Below, one piece after another: positions 1-11,224 of a stretch of DNA of 64,000 bases; within the stretch, counting starts at the first letter, position 1, and each line of letters starts with the position of its first letter. The notes below the pieces were generated by a model. The model was not told the DNA's origin, did not search any database, and saw only the letters and a program-made list of their open reading frames with translations. The stretch is from Eledone cirrhosa. Lineage: Eukaryota. The stretch is from NCBI GenBank assembly GCA_964016885.1, contig OZ024759.1, forward strand, positions 24,924,001 through 24,988,000, read 5' to 3'. The position numbers were made by a program, and so were the translations under genes.

Positions 1-429
1 CTAATGAAATATATACACCCTGTGTTTTAATTCATTTTAAAAATTAAAAAAAATTGGCAAAATCTAATAAAATAACTCTTTCATTAGCAAGTTTGGAAAA
101 TTACTCAGTGAAAAACTTTTAAAACCAAAATCAGCAAATCCTGTGTAAACACAACAGAACAGATAGAGTTATATGTGACAGAGAACAAAAGTCACGTTTT
201 GTTGTTGAGGGCAGTGGAATATATTTCCTGTATAAAGTTGTGCAGAAACGAGAATAACTATCTGAAACTAATACAGACAGACACACATGCACACATACAG
301 AGACATACACACAGACACACAAACACACAGAAATAAACATGTACCACTAAAAATATAAAACTAAAACAAAAAAGATATTTACAGTTGACCTACAGCCAAT
401 GTAGAAGATATTTTTGTGTGATTACTTTA

Positions 430-800
430 TGATATGGTATGATATGGTCCCGTAACTCCTGAAGGAAGTTGTAGGAGCGCCATATTGACATATGGCGTGA
501 CATAGGGCATTTTATTTTAAAACCTGGCAGAGCCCATCTCCTTTCCAGGTCTGAATATAGCAGATTTCTCCCAAGGAAGGATAGAGAGAGCGAGAGAATG
601 GATGAAAGGCAAAGTTGAGCTCAGCAAACTACAGTGATAGAGAGTAAGTGAGAAAGAGATATAGAGGAAGTATCGATTCCATTATTTGACTGATACTTTT
701 TTTTTATCGACCTTGAATGGATGAAAGGCAAAGTTGACTTCGATGGGATTTGAACTCACAGAGCAGAGAGCCGAAACGAATACTACAAAGAATTCTGTCA
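430..800 (-). mobile_element. tRNA-derived SINE, family 3 (shared head and central domain, long distinct tail)
   Basis: On minus: B-box-like GAGTTCAAATCCC, then GTCAACTTTGCCTTTCATCC...GGTCGATAAAA, tail ending in CATATCATACCATATC. Homologous to 18782-19118 and 59070-59385. Confidence 0.75.
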
Positions 801-1519
801 TGTGTGTGTGTGTATAACAACAGTTACAGGTAGCACTCTGTTCGAAGCACTCAATTCTGTGACGACTGACAGAAACACTGGGGGTGAAACTGTGTATGTT
901 TGTATGAATGTATGTATGTGTGTGTTTTTTATAAGTGTATGTTTGTGTGAGTGTATGTGTGCCTGTTCGTTTATATTTAAATTCTCATACCATTAAATTA
1001 GCAGTTAATAAATGTGCTTATATTTGGTTAATTTACACTACATACAAAAATAATAATTGATATACATTTCTTTTCGATGTTGATACTTGTTTACAATAAT
1101 GAAAAAAAAATGTCTTTATTCTAAAAATTCCTCTCATACCTACAGCTGTTCCATTTGAATTTAAGAAGCTTCAGTTTCCAGTCAAACTAAGTTTTGTTAT
1201 TTCAATTAACATATCTCAGGGTCAATCCCTCAAGGTAGTTGGACTTGATCTCTATACTACATGTTTTTTCCCATGGTCAACTCTATGTTGGTTGCTCCCG
1301 AGTTGGAAGCAACAACAATTTATTCATTTGGACACCAACAAAAAATTACACAATGAATATTATTTACTCTGAGGTGCTTCAAGATTGACAGATTTTCATT
1401 TCTAAATTCTACTATCATTACAATTTTGATGTTTTTTAAAAATAAAATATAGATATTTTGAAATAATTATGATAAAAAATATATCTTCAATATTTATTGT
1501 TTACTATTCTGACTAAAAA

Positions 1520-1556
1520 CAGCAGTAACCCAGGCAATGTCGGGTCATTCAGCTAG
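1520..1556 (+). mobile_element. Helitron-type 3' terminus (5' end not located)
   Basis: Imperfect hairpin CCCAGGCAATGTCGGG followed about 9 nt later by CTAG|T, as in the Helitron ends at 33377 and 41498. Confidence 0.5.
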
Positions 1557-1924
1557 TATATATATATATATAATATCTATATCTAAAATATAAAATTATA
1601 TTTGGGAAAAGTAAACAAGATAAGAAGAAAAAAATCTTTATCTATTGACTTTAACCTAATATATTCTTTCCATATACTGTACTGATTGTGTTGCTCTTTC
1701 TGTTTACCTTTTACACACATCACACATATTTATTTAGGTTTGTTGGTTCACCACTGGATAGAGCTGGTCATTCCATATGGTCAGCCTCGATGTAATATTA
1801 TGAAGAGCACTCAACGTAATGCAACTCACCTGTCTTCTTTTGTGTAGTTGGTGGTGCGAGTACGGAGTTAATTATTATAAAATAACAGGAGGCTGGACTG
1901 GTGTAATTCCTTAAAAGGTTTATT

Positions 1925-1982
1925 ATACTATGATCATTTCAATGACCGAGTTCAGTGTGAATCCGGTGACATCATCAGGTAT
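1925..1982 (-). ncRNA. Minimal type I hammerhead ribozyme motif (family A, left arm)
   Basis: Mirror image of 2148-2205. Confidence 0.7.
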
Positions 1983-2147
1983 TCGAAATATAACAAAGGA
2001 ATATAATAGACAAAATCCATGGGGCTGAAAATCAGAGACATGATGGCGGCCGACCAAGGTAGAAGCTGCTAAATGTTTGGTCACCCTCATGTCTCTGATT
2101 TTCAGTCCCATGGATTTTGTCTATTATATTCCTTTGTTATATTTCGA

Positions 2148-2205
2148 ATACCTGATGATGTCACCGGATTCACACTGAACTCGGTCATTGAAATGATCAT
2201 AGTAT
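2148..2205 (+). ncRNA. Minimal type I hammerhead ribozyme motif (family A, right arm)
   Basis: ATAC-CTGATGA-stem II (ACCG..TTCA cac TGAA..CGGT)-GAAA-TGATCA-TA-GTAT, then AATAAA at 2206-2211. Confidence 0.7.
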
Positions 2206-2496
2206 AATAAACCTTTTAAGGAATTACACAAGTCCAGCCTCCTGTTATTTTATATATATATATATATACATACATACACACACACATATACATACATATA
2301 TCGTGAGATGGATTTATGATATCATGACAATATAATAGTGAAAATTAAACTACTATTGATTAGTCAATATATCAATATTATGATCAATAACCCAAAACGA
2401 TCGTAAAACAATGAACCTATTAAGTACTAAACTTCACCTACTTTGTTGTTATTGTTCAACCTATGTATTTACACACACGCATATATATATATATAC

Positions 2497-3154
2497 ATAA
2501 GAGGGATCAGATGTTGTTTACTCGAGAGAAGGCTACGTTGGTATGGACACGTGATGCGCATGAAAGTCGATAGCTGTATAACAAAGTGCAGGGCAATAAA
2601 GATAGACGCTAGTCACGGAATAGGCAGACCTAGAAAAACCTGGGACGAGCTGATAAACTCCAACATCACACACTTACACCTCTCCAAGACAATGTCACTG
2701 GACCGAGACCTTTGGCGGTACTCAGTAACAGAGAAGACCCGCCTTACCTAAATATATAGTAAAACCTACTCCAGCCAGTAGGCATCTCTAACAAAATACA
2801 CCCCGTCCCACCACCACCACCCCCACCCCATCCACACCACCCCGTTCTATGTAAAGTTATGTTGGTGCCGCGCCATCCAGGCCGAAACAAATGAGATCGC
2901 GTAGGTGTCACGACAAAAAAAACACACAGTCCACGCTGTAATGTGGCCGTGTAGGCAACACGGTAAAAACCTCCCAGTTCCACACTGTAAATGTGGTTGG
3001 TGTTAGGAAGGGCATCCAACTGTAGAAAACCTGCCAGACAGTCCTATGCGAGCAAGACAATCACTCTTGCCTCAAGTGGGACTACCCCCGTCCAAACCCA
3101 TGCAAGCGTGGAACACGGACGTTAAACGTTGATGATGATGATGATGATGATGAT
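2497..3154 (+). mobile_element. RTE-clade LINE family A, 3' fragment
   Basis: Encodes ERRLRWYGHVMRM...GRPRKTW (RTE C-terminus); 3' UTR and (GAT)n tail; near-identical to 5105-5763. Confidence 0.92.
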
Positions 3155-3206
3155 ACATAATATATATAGAGATTACAATAATCAAAGTTCAGTTTAAGTC
3201 ATTTAT

Positions 3207-3255
3207 TTGCTTACAATTGTTTCCTCCAAACCGAGGTTTGGATTCTTCGGAGCAA
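3207..3255 (-). ncRNA. Minimal hammerhead motif, U4C core variant (family B, left arm)
   Basis: Mirror image of 4016-4064. Confidence 0.7.
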
Positions 3256-4015
3256 CTATTTACTGATCTATAACGTACTTGACCTCCTTTTCAACCCAAG
3301 AGACATATAAAACATATGCGCATATTGATCAACAGTGGGGTGACATTCATCAAATGATATAGCATGGCAATTTACATATACAGGTTACAGGATAAAAATA
3401 AAAATAAAAACAAAAATGAAAAGAACCGACTAGATACGGTATATAACTTGATTATATGCCGAACCATCTTGAGTTATACGATAGACACGTGTTCTATATA
3501 TTGCGTCTCATGGATTATGGTGAGCGAAGACAGTGGTACGGCTTTGCCTACGATACAATAAGGTTTATAGTATGTTGAAAGTTTCTGATATTTTGGTGTT
3601 TCCCTGCATCCGGGACTGTATATCATACAGATGTATGCGAATAAATGACTTAATAATTCAGCCCACATAATAAGATCGATTGCCTGCTTCAACTGCCTGA
3701 CCCTGCAAATATCATTCTGACGCACTCTAATCATGTATAAATAAGACACGCGTGCATGCTACACGTGAGATTGTTTCATACACAGACTACTCTAAACTTT
3801 CCTCTTGCTTTATCTTCATAGACTGCCAACGCTTCATGTTTATCTTTATTTTCATTTTTGTTTTTATTTTTATTTTTATCCTGTAACCTGTATATGTAAA
3901 TTGCCATGCTATATCATTTGATGAATGTCACCCCACTGTTGATCAATATGCGCATATGTTTTATATGTCTCTTGGGTTGAAAAGGAGGTCAAGTATGTTA
4001 TAGATCAGTAAATAG

Positions 4016-4064
4016 TTGCTCCGAAGAATCCAAACCTCGGTTTGGAGGAAACAATTGTAAGCAA
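4016..4064 (+). ncRNA. Minimal hammerhead motif, U4C core variant (family B, right arm)
   Basis: TTGCT-CCGAAGA-a-TCCAAACC tc GGTTTGGA-g-GAAA-CAATTG-TA-AGCAA, with AATAAA at 4064-4069. Confidence 0.72.
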
Positions 4065-4307
4065 ATAAATGACTTAAACTGAACTTTGATTATTGTAATC
4101 TCTATATAACTGCTCTGTAAAACAACTGATGTTATTACATTGAGCTATTTATCTTACTGGTAATAGGATAGTAATTAATGACTATCTTTCACTATTTAGG
4201 GTTTGTATAAATAATATATTACCATTAAAGGTTTTATTACATACATAACCATAAATAGTATCCTTAATACATAATATATATATATACATAATATATATAT
4301 ATATATA

Positions 4308-4415
4308 TAATTGTTTCTACTTTAGGCACAAGGCCAGCAATTACCCAGTGCATTACTGGTACTTTATTTTATCGACCCCGTAAGGATGAAAAGCAAAGTC
4401 AACATAGGCGGGATT
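4308..4415 (-). mobile_element. SINE family 1, 3' part
   Basis: Matches the recurrent GCCTTTCATCCTTACGGGGTCGATAAAATAAAGTACCAG...GGCCTTGTGCCTAAAGTAGAAACAATT. Confidence 0.85.
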
Positions 4416-4511
4416 AAACTACTATTGATCATATAATATATATATATAGACTACTATTGATCATATAATATATATATATAGACTACTATTGATTATATAA
4501 TATATATATAT

Positions 4512-5763
4512 AGACCAAAGTTCTAGTTTATAGGAAAGAAAATAAGGCGGCGGTCCCTTCCGGGAAGTGGCCATGCTCAGTGTGTAGGAATGGCGTAGGT
4601 AGAAACTCCATTTTGTGTCCCAAATGCAAAGTATGGGTGCATAAAAGATGTAGTGGGATCACAGGTAAGCTAACTAAGAACATAGATTTCACATGTGGCC
4701 GGTGCTCTGGTGCAATAAGTAGCAGCAAGTGCCCACAAAATACTAGCTATTTCAACTGCGCAGAGGGTTCTATAGAAATAGTGGACAGCTTCCGTTACCT
4801 GGGTGACAAAATCAGCAGTGGGGGAGGGTGCTCTGAAAGTACTGTAGCTAGAGTCAGAACTGGATGGAAAAAGTTCAGAGAGCTTATACCACTATTAGCC
4901 GCTAAAGGGTTCTCCCTAAAAACGAAAGGCAGGTTGTATGATGCCTGCATACGAACAGCAATGTTGCATGGCAGTGAGACCTGGGCATTGTGTGCAGAGG
5001 ATATACGCAGACTAGAGAGGAACGAAGCTTGCATGCTCCGCTGGATGTGTAATAGTAATATACGTGAACGGCAAAGCATAAGTGAACTAAGGGAAAAATT
5101 AGAAATAAGAGGGATCAGATGTTGTTTACTCGAGAGAAGGCTACGTTGGTATGGACACGTGATGCGCATGAAAGTCGATAGCTGTATAACAAAGTGCAGG
5201 GCAATAAAGATAGACGGTAGCCACGGAATAGGCAGACCTAGAAAAACCTAGGTAGAACTAGAGAATAAATTCCGAACTGATAAACTCCGACCTCACACAC
5301 TTACACCTCTCCAAGACAATGTCACTGGACCGAGACCTTTGGCGGTACTCAGTAATAGAGAAGACCCGCCTTACCTAAATACATAGTAAAACCTACTACA
5401 GTCAGTAGGCATCTCTAACAAAATACACCCCCGTCTCACCACCCCCACCCCATCCACACCGCCCCCTTCTATGTAAAGTTATGTTGGTGCCACACCATCC
5501 AGGCCGAAACAAATGAGATCGTGTAGGTGTCACGACAAAAAAACACACAGTCCACGCTGTAATGTGGCCGTGTAGGCAACACGGTAAAAACCTCCCAGAC
5601 CCACACTGTAAATGTGGTTGGTGTTAGGAAGGGCATCCAACTGTAGAAAACCTGCCAGAAAGTCCTATGTGAGCAAGACAATCACTCTTGCCTCAAGTGG
5701 GACTACCCCCGTCCAAACCCATGCAAGCGTGGAACACGGACGTTAAACGATGATGATGATGAT
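4512..5763 (+). mobile_element. RTE-clade LINE family A, 5'-truncated
   Basis: ORF 4580-5251: Cys finger, VDSFRYLG, LHGSETW, RRLRWYGHVMR; (GAT)n tail. Confidence 0.95.
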
Positions 5764-6025
5764 ATATGTGTTGTTTCCTTGAGCAAGACACTTTATTTCA
5801 CATTGCTCCAGTTTACTCAGCTGTAGAAATGAGATGATAGGGACTTAGGCCCCTATCATTCCACTGCAAAGTGGTCGTGGAGGTGCCATGGCAAAAAAGC
5901 ACCCAGCATTCACTGTAAATGAGGTTGGTGTTAGGGAGGGCATCCAGCTGTAGAAATCAAGCCAGAATCAGTTCCTGTCCCACCCTTGCAAGCAGGGAAA
6001 AAGCGGACGTAAAATGAAATGATGA
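5764..6025 (+). mobile_element. SINE family 2 (CORE-like body plus RTE-type tail), headless
   Basis: CCTTGAGCAAGACACTTTATTTCAC...CTCAGCTGTAGAAATGAG then LINE-like tail; matches 42130-42455. Confidence 0.85.
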
Positions 6026-6099
6026 ATATATATATATATACATAATATATACATATATATATATACATAATATATAAAATATATATACACATAATATAT

Positions 6100-6545
6100 A
6101 AAATATATATACACACATACACATTATCTAATGTCCGATTTAAACACACACACACACACACATATATATATCATCATCATCATAATGATGTGTGTGTTTA
6201 AATTGGACATTAGATAATGTGTATGTGTGTATATATATATTTTATATTTTATGTATATATATATATATACATAATATATAAAACATATATACACACATAC
6301 ACATTACCTAACGTCCAATTTAAACACACACACATATATATAAAATATATATACACACATACACATTATCTAATGTCCAATTTAAACACACACACACACA
6401 TATATATATAAAATATATATACACACATACACATTATCTAATGTCCAATTTAAACACACACACACACATATATATATAAAATATATATACACACATACAC
6501 ATTATCTAATGTCCAATTTAAACACACACACACACACACATATAT
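6100..6545. repeat. Compound minisatellite (ACACATTATCTAATGTCCAATTTAAACACAC) with one inverted unit
   Basis: About 5 direct copies separated by TA/CA runs; reverse-complement copy near 6190-6235. Confidence 0.9.
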
Positions 6546-6567
6546 ATATACACACACAAATATATAT

Positions 6568-7075
6568 ATCATCATCATCATTATCATCGTTTACCGTCTA
6601 TCTTTCCCGCTCGCATGGGTTAGACGAGTTTGTCCTATTTGAGGCAAGTTGGGTCGGATGACCATGTCTCGCTCATATAGGACTGTTTCTGGCAGCCCTT
6701 CCTAGCGCCAACCCCTTTACAGTATGGGCTGGATGTTTTGTGGTACCAACATAACTTTATAGAGTAAGGGTGGTGTGGGTGGAAGTGAGAGGGAGGTGTA
6801 GCGGGTTTGGGGTGTGTATTGGATTAAGAGGTGCCTACTGAGTGTAAGTTCAAGTCTGTGCGCAAGGGAAGGTGGGTCTTCTGTATTACTGCATAGCGCC
6901 AAAGATCTTGATCCTATGTCATTGTATTAGAAAGGTGCAATGTGCAAGGTCAGCTTTTACCAACTCGTCCCAGCCCTTTCTGGGTTTACCTACTCCTGCA
7001 CTTCATACACATCACATGACCATACCAATGCAATCTCCTCTCAAGTACACTGTATCTCATCATTCTGATGCCTAA
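6568..7075 (-). mobile_element. Diverged RTE-clade LINE 3' fragment
   Basis: LGIRMMRYSVLERRLHWYGHVM on minus; tail read as (CAT)n on plus. Confidence 0.85.
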
Positions 7076-7136
7076 TTTTTCACTAAATGTATATATAAAA
7101 TATATATATGCATATATACATATATATATATATACA

Positions 7137-7178
<42 letters not shown>

Positions 7179-7205
7179 AACATACATATATATATACAAA
7201 CACAG

Positions 7206-7237
<32 letters not shown>

Positions 7238-7505
7238 TTCATTTTCATTTCATTTCATTTTACGTCCACTTTGTCCCTGCTTGCAAGGGTGGGACGGGAA
7301 CTGATTGTGGCTTGATTTCTACAGCTGGATGCCCTTCCTAACACCAACCTCATTTACAGTGAGTGCTGGGTGCTTTTTTGCCGTGGCACCTCCACGACCA
7401 CTTTGCAGTGGAATGATATGGACCCCAGTCCATATCATCTCATTTCTACAGCTGAGTAAACTGGAGCAATGTGAAATAAAGTGTCTTGCTCAAGGAAACA
7501 ACACA
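7238..7505 (-). mobile_element. SINE family 2, headless
   Basis: Reverse complement of 5764-6025; tail (AAATG)n. Confidence 0.85.
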
Positions 7506-7522
7506 ACACACATATATATATA

Positions 7523-7705
7523 CAATATATTAACAAATGGAAACTATATTTATAAAACCATATTTATTTCATTATACATATTTCAAGGGCCACCAGAGCA
7601 AACTATGGTGCGCTTTCATGAGATAAAATATAATATAGGTTACTTTTATAAATAAATATTGACATACCCTTTAAAAATGCAACCATTCTGGTTGGAACCT
7701 CTACA
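7523..7705 (-). mobile_element. Hammerhead-bearing element family C, copy with mutated core (CTCATGA)
   Basis: Homologous to 14785-14965 and 60465-60700; motif at 7566-7629 on minus. Confidence 0.7.
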
Positions 7706-7966
7706 TATATATATATATATGTATATATATATAGTATATATATATATATATCATTTATATTGGAGAGTTTAATTAATGGGTAGATCATGTCATTCACGTC
7801 TTATGAAAAAAAAATATATATATTGATTAAACAGTGTTCTGTTGTGAGATAACAGTTATCATTTTTTACTTAAGCAAGACTCAACTGTCTGAAATATTAC
7901 CACATGTCCTATAATCATTTCCAGGTTTGCCATATAGGGATTGGCTTTAGTCTATTTTGTAATAAG

Positions 7967-8503
7967 TATATATTAATATAAAAGCCTTGTGTATTTGTCC
8001 GTCAAACACTAGAGAGGACTGAAGAAGGGAGGGGTGATAACGTCAACTGAGGAAGGAAGAGGTGGCAGCGTCTGACATTCGCTACACCTGTATGTGCATA
8101 GCGAATTGGCTACACACATTGGCTGTCATAATTGTGAGAGTATATGTGTATATGTGTGTTTGTGTAAATTATATTTATATATGATATTTGCGTGAGTGTA
8201 TATGTATTTGTGTGTGTATTTAGAAAGATACATAGACAATCTACACATACATATATATAAACACACACACTTAGAAAAAATAATTATTACATTCACACAT
8301 CTATGTGGTGACTGAAGGAGGGGGACGAGAAACTATAGAAGTTCAGTATTCTAAGATTCGTCACAGCTGTGATTTGTATCACTTGTGTGAGTGAGGGTGA
8401 AGGAACCAACCAACAAACCACCCAACAAACAAACATCTCTTTTTTTATATTATGTATAGATATTACAATTAGCTGTCATTCTTGGTGGCACAGGGCCAGC
8501 TAG
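7967..8503 (+). mobile_element. Possible degenerate non-autonomous Helitron
   Basis: Starts TATATATTAATATAAAAG, ends GGGCCAGCTAG|T; terminal hairpin weak. Confidence 0.35.
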
Positions 8504-8529
8504 TAATTTTATATTTTGCTGGCTGAGGG

Positions 8530-8650
8530 AACTGGAGCAATGTGAAATAAAGTGTGTGCTCAACGATGCAATGTACTGCTGGGAATTGAACTCATGACCT
8601 TACGATCAGGAGCTGAATACCCTAACTAATCACAAAACCATGCGCCTCTC
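8530..8650 (-). mobile_element. SINE family 2 head and body
   Basis: tRNA-like head (GGCGCATGG...GAGTTCAATTCCC) on minus plus CACTTTATTTCACATTGCTCCAG. Confidence 0.75.
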
Positions 8651-8767
8651 TTAACCCTTTAACATTTAAACCGGCCCTATGCAGCCAGAATTCTCTCACC
8701 TCTTTCTGTTCAAATTGGCCACTCATACTAATGTTAAGGTATAGTTCTCTTAAATGAGGTAAAGCCA

Positions 8768-10066
8768 GGAGTTTAAGACCGGATGCCAATGGGAACTCCT
8801 GTATGCTGATGACCTCGCACTCATAGCTGAATCTATGGTAGAACTAGAGAATAAATTCCAAACTTGGAAGCAGGGACTAGAAAGAAAGGGTCTCAAAGTC
8901 AACATGTCAAAGACTAAGGTCCTTGTAAGTAGACGAGAAAACAGAACCCAGATCCCCTCAGGGAAATGGCCTTGCTCAGTATGTAGGAAAGGTGTAGGTA
9001 GGAACTCCATTCTCTGCCCCAAATGCAAACAATGGGTAAACAAGAGATGTAGCGGGATCTCAGGAAGTTTAATTAAAAATGTAGGCTTCACATGCAGCAG
9101 CTGTGCTGAGACAGCAAGCAGCAAACAGCCACAGGAAACAAGTACCACCAATCTCTGGGAGGGCTCTGTAGAAACAGTAGACAGCTTCTGCTACCTAGGT
9201 GACCGAATTAGCAGCGGAGGTGGGTGTTCAGAAAGTACAATAACTAGGGTAAGAACGGGATGGAAGCAGTTTAGGGAACTACTACCACTGCTAGCTACAA
9301 AAGGCTTCTCCCTCAGAATGAAAGGCAGACTGTATGATGCGTGTATCTGAACAGCAATGTTGCATGGTAGTGAGACCTGGGCGCTGAAGGTGGAAGACTT
9401 ACGTAGATTAGAGAGAAACGAAGCCTGCATGCTCCGATGGATGTGTAACAGTAATATACGAGAACGACAAAGCATAAATGAATTGAGAGAGAGACTGAGC
9501 ATAAGAGGAATCAAATGCTGTGTGCAGGAGAGGCGGTTGCGCTGGTATGGAAATGTGATGCGTATGAAGGATGACAGCTGCATAAAAAGGTGCAGACCAC
9601 TAGAAGTTGATGGAAACCGCGGAGTGGGGAGACTCAAGATGACCTGGGATGAGGTGATAAAAGCCGACCTTACCCAATTACACCTCCCAAAGGCAATGAC
9701 ACACGACCGTGACTTCTGGCGTCACGCAGTAATACAGAGTACCCGACCTCCCATGGGTACAAGCTGAAGCATATAGACAATATGCCCTCACACCCCCCAC
9801 CGCAAGGTGGTCGTGGAGGTGCCATGGCAAAAAAGCACCCAGCCCACACTGTAAAGTGGACGTGTTTGGCGCCACGAAAAAGCACCCAGCGCTCACTGTA
9901 AATGAGGTTGGTGTTAGGAAGGGCATCCAGCTGTAGAAATCAAGCCAAATCAGTTCCTGTATGAGCAAGGCATGGTCAGCCGACTAGACACTGCCCACAG
10001 AAGGACAACCCGTCTAACCCATGCTAGCGTGGAGGAACGGACGTAAAACGGTGATGATGATGATGA
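8768..10066 (+). mobile_element. RTE-clade LINE family B, 5'-truncated, one nonsense codon
   Basis: ELLYADDL, Cys finger, FCYLG; CGA>TGA at 9348-9350 splits ORFs 8835-9350 and 9357-9767; (GAT)n tail. Confidence 0.95.
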
Positions 10067-10177
10067 AAATATAATAGCAAATATGTTGTTGTTGTTGTTG
10101 TTGTTTTACAGCTCACACCTATCAGGTTTAGCTGGCCTCCTCCAAGGTATATCTCGTTGGCGGTGTCTTGGGTAATT

Positions 10178-10347
10178 TAATGATAGGGACCCCAGTCCTA
10201 TCATCTCATTTCTACAGCTGAGTAAACTGGAGCAACGTGAAATAAAGTGTCTTGCTCAAGGAAACAACACATCACCCAGTCCGAGAATTGAACTCACAAC
10301 TTTTCGTATGCAAGCCCAATGCTCTAACCACTAAGCCATGCGCCTTC
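10178..10347 (-). mobile_element. SINE family 2 with tRNA head
   Basis: GGCGCATGGCTTAGTGGTTAGAGC (A box) and GAGTTCAATTCTC (B box) on minus. Confidence 0.85.
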
Positions 10348-10393
10348 AATAAATATAGAGTAATGTAAATATTAAAGGGTTAAGCTATATATC

Positions 10394-10510
10394 AGCCCAG
10401 GCTCTGCTGCCCACCAGGCCAAAGAAGGCAAACTGTCCAAATATCGGCCGCACTCTGATAAGTTTGTGGTAGAGACTGTAACAGTGGAGACCTCCGGGGG
10501 TATAATCCTC
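10394..10510 (+). mobile_element. Fragment of CRE-like non-LTR element (restriction-like endonuclease region)
   Basis: Translates SPGSAAHQAKEGKLSKYRPHSDKFVVETVTVETSGG, fitting the GxAA..AE..K..KY.....F.P.AVET.G pattern. Confidence 0.6.
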
Positions 10511-10640
10511 TGAATCAAATAAATATAATCGGATGATAGAACTGGGCCATCGAAATATGTGTAGTGCTTTCGCAGAATTCAAAAGTAAATTTTGCAGTCT
10601 GGACTTCTGTTGTTGTTTTAACCCTTTAGCATTTACATTA

Positions 10641-11095
10641 TAATAATAATGAAATTATTGTGTAGGGTGCTCAGGTGCACAACAACTCATCAAAGGTGCA
10701 TGTATAGTACATAGAATAATGTTCAAATGTCAGGAAAATGAACAGTGTGCGAGTCATGATATACATGTGTGCGTGTGTATGGAGGGGCGACATCAGGTGC
10801 AGTGTTGGCAAATTTCAGGAAACTTGGGAGGTTTTAAAGGATGCAGTGTCTCGATAGCTAACAACTGATGCAGGTAGTTTGTTTCATGCTTCAGCAACTC
10901 TGCGCGTGAAAAAGTGTTTCCGAAAGTCATGGGAACTGTAGTTTTCTGACTTTGTAGGCTTGCCCACGTGTGTTAGACACATGGAAATTAAACAGGTACT
11001 CAGGGTTGTTGTTGGCGAGATGGTTAATAATGTTGTGGGTGTTTACCAAGTCAGTTGCCAGATGTCGGAGCTTCAATGTATCCATGCCCAGGGTA
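10641..11095 (-). mobile_element. CR1-like LINE 3' end nested in a piggyBac-type MITE
   Basis: Minus frames give TRGQAYKV...DFRKHFFTRRVAEA*NKLPASVVS..DTASFK; MITE halves at 10617-10640 and 11093-11212. Confidence 0.8.
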
Positions 11096-11224
11096 AAGGC
11101 TTTACCTCACATAATATCATATCTACAAGATTTTGATATTATTTATTTTGAGAACAATACCTTAATAACCATGAGCAGCCGGTTACAGCCGGTTTGAACA
11201 GAAAGAGGTAGAAAATGAAGGGAA

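Larger units (their letters stand above)
1876..2254. mobile_element. Fold-back element A: 168-bp inverted arms, each with a hammerhead motif (Penelope-like end)
   Basis: 1876-2043 is the reverse complement of 2087-2254 (2 mismatches seen), 43-bp spacer; right end runs into (TA)n. Confidence 0.85.
3163..4108. mobile_element. Fold-back element B: 260-bp inverted arms around a 426-bp non-coding core, hammerhead motif in each arm
   Basis: 3163-3422 is the reverse complement of 3849-4108 (1 mismatch seen); ends are TATATA; no recognisable ORF inside. Confidence 0.88.

Noticed and set aside
3474-3749. 91-aa ORF inside element B as GIY-YIG or transposase
   Set aside because: No recognisable motifs in this or the other frames examined.
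4795-5169. Antisense ORFs over RTE copies (also 9191-9637, 38038-39153)
   Set aside because: Shadow frames of the RT coding sequence.
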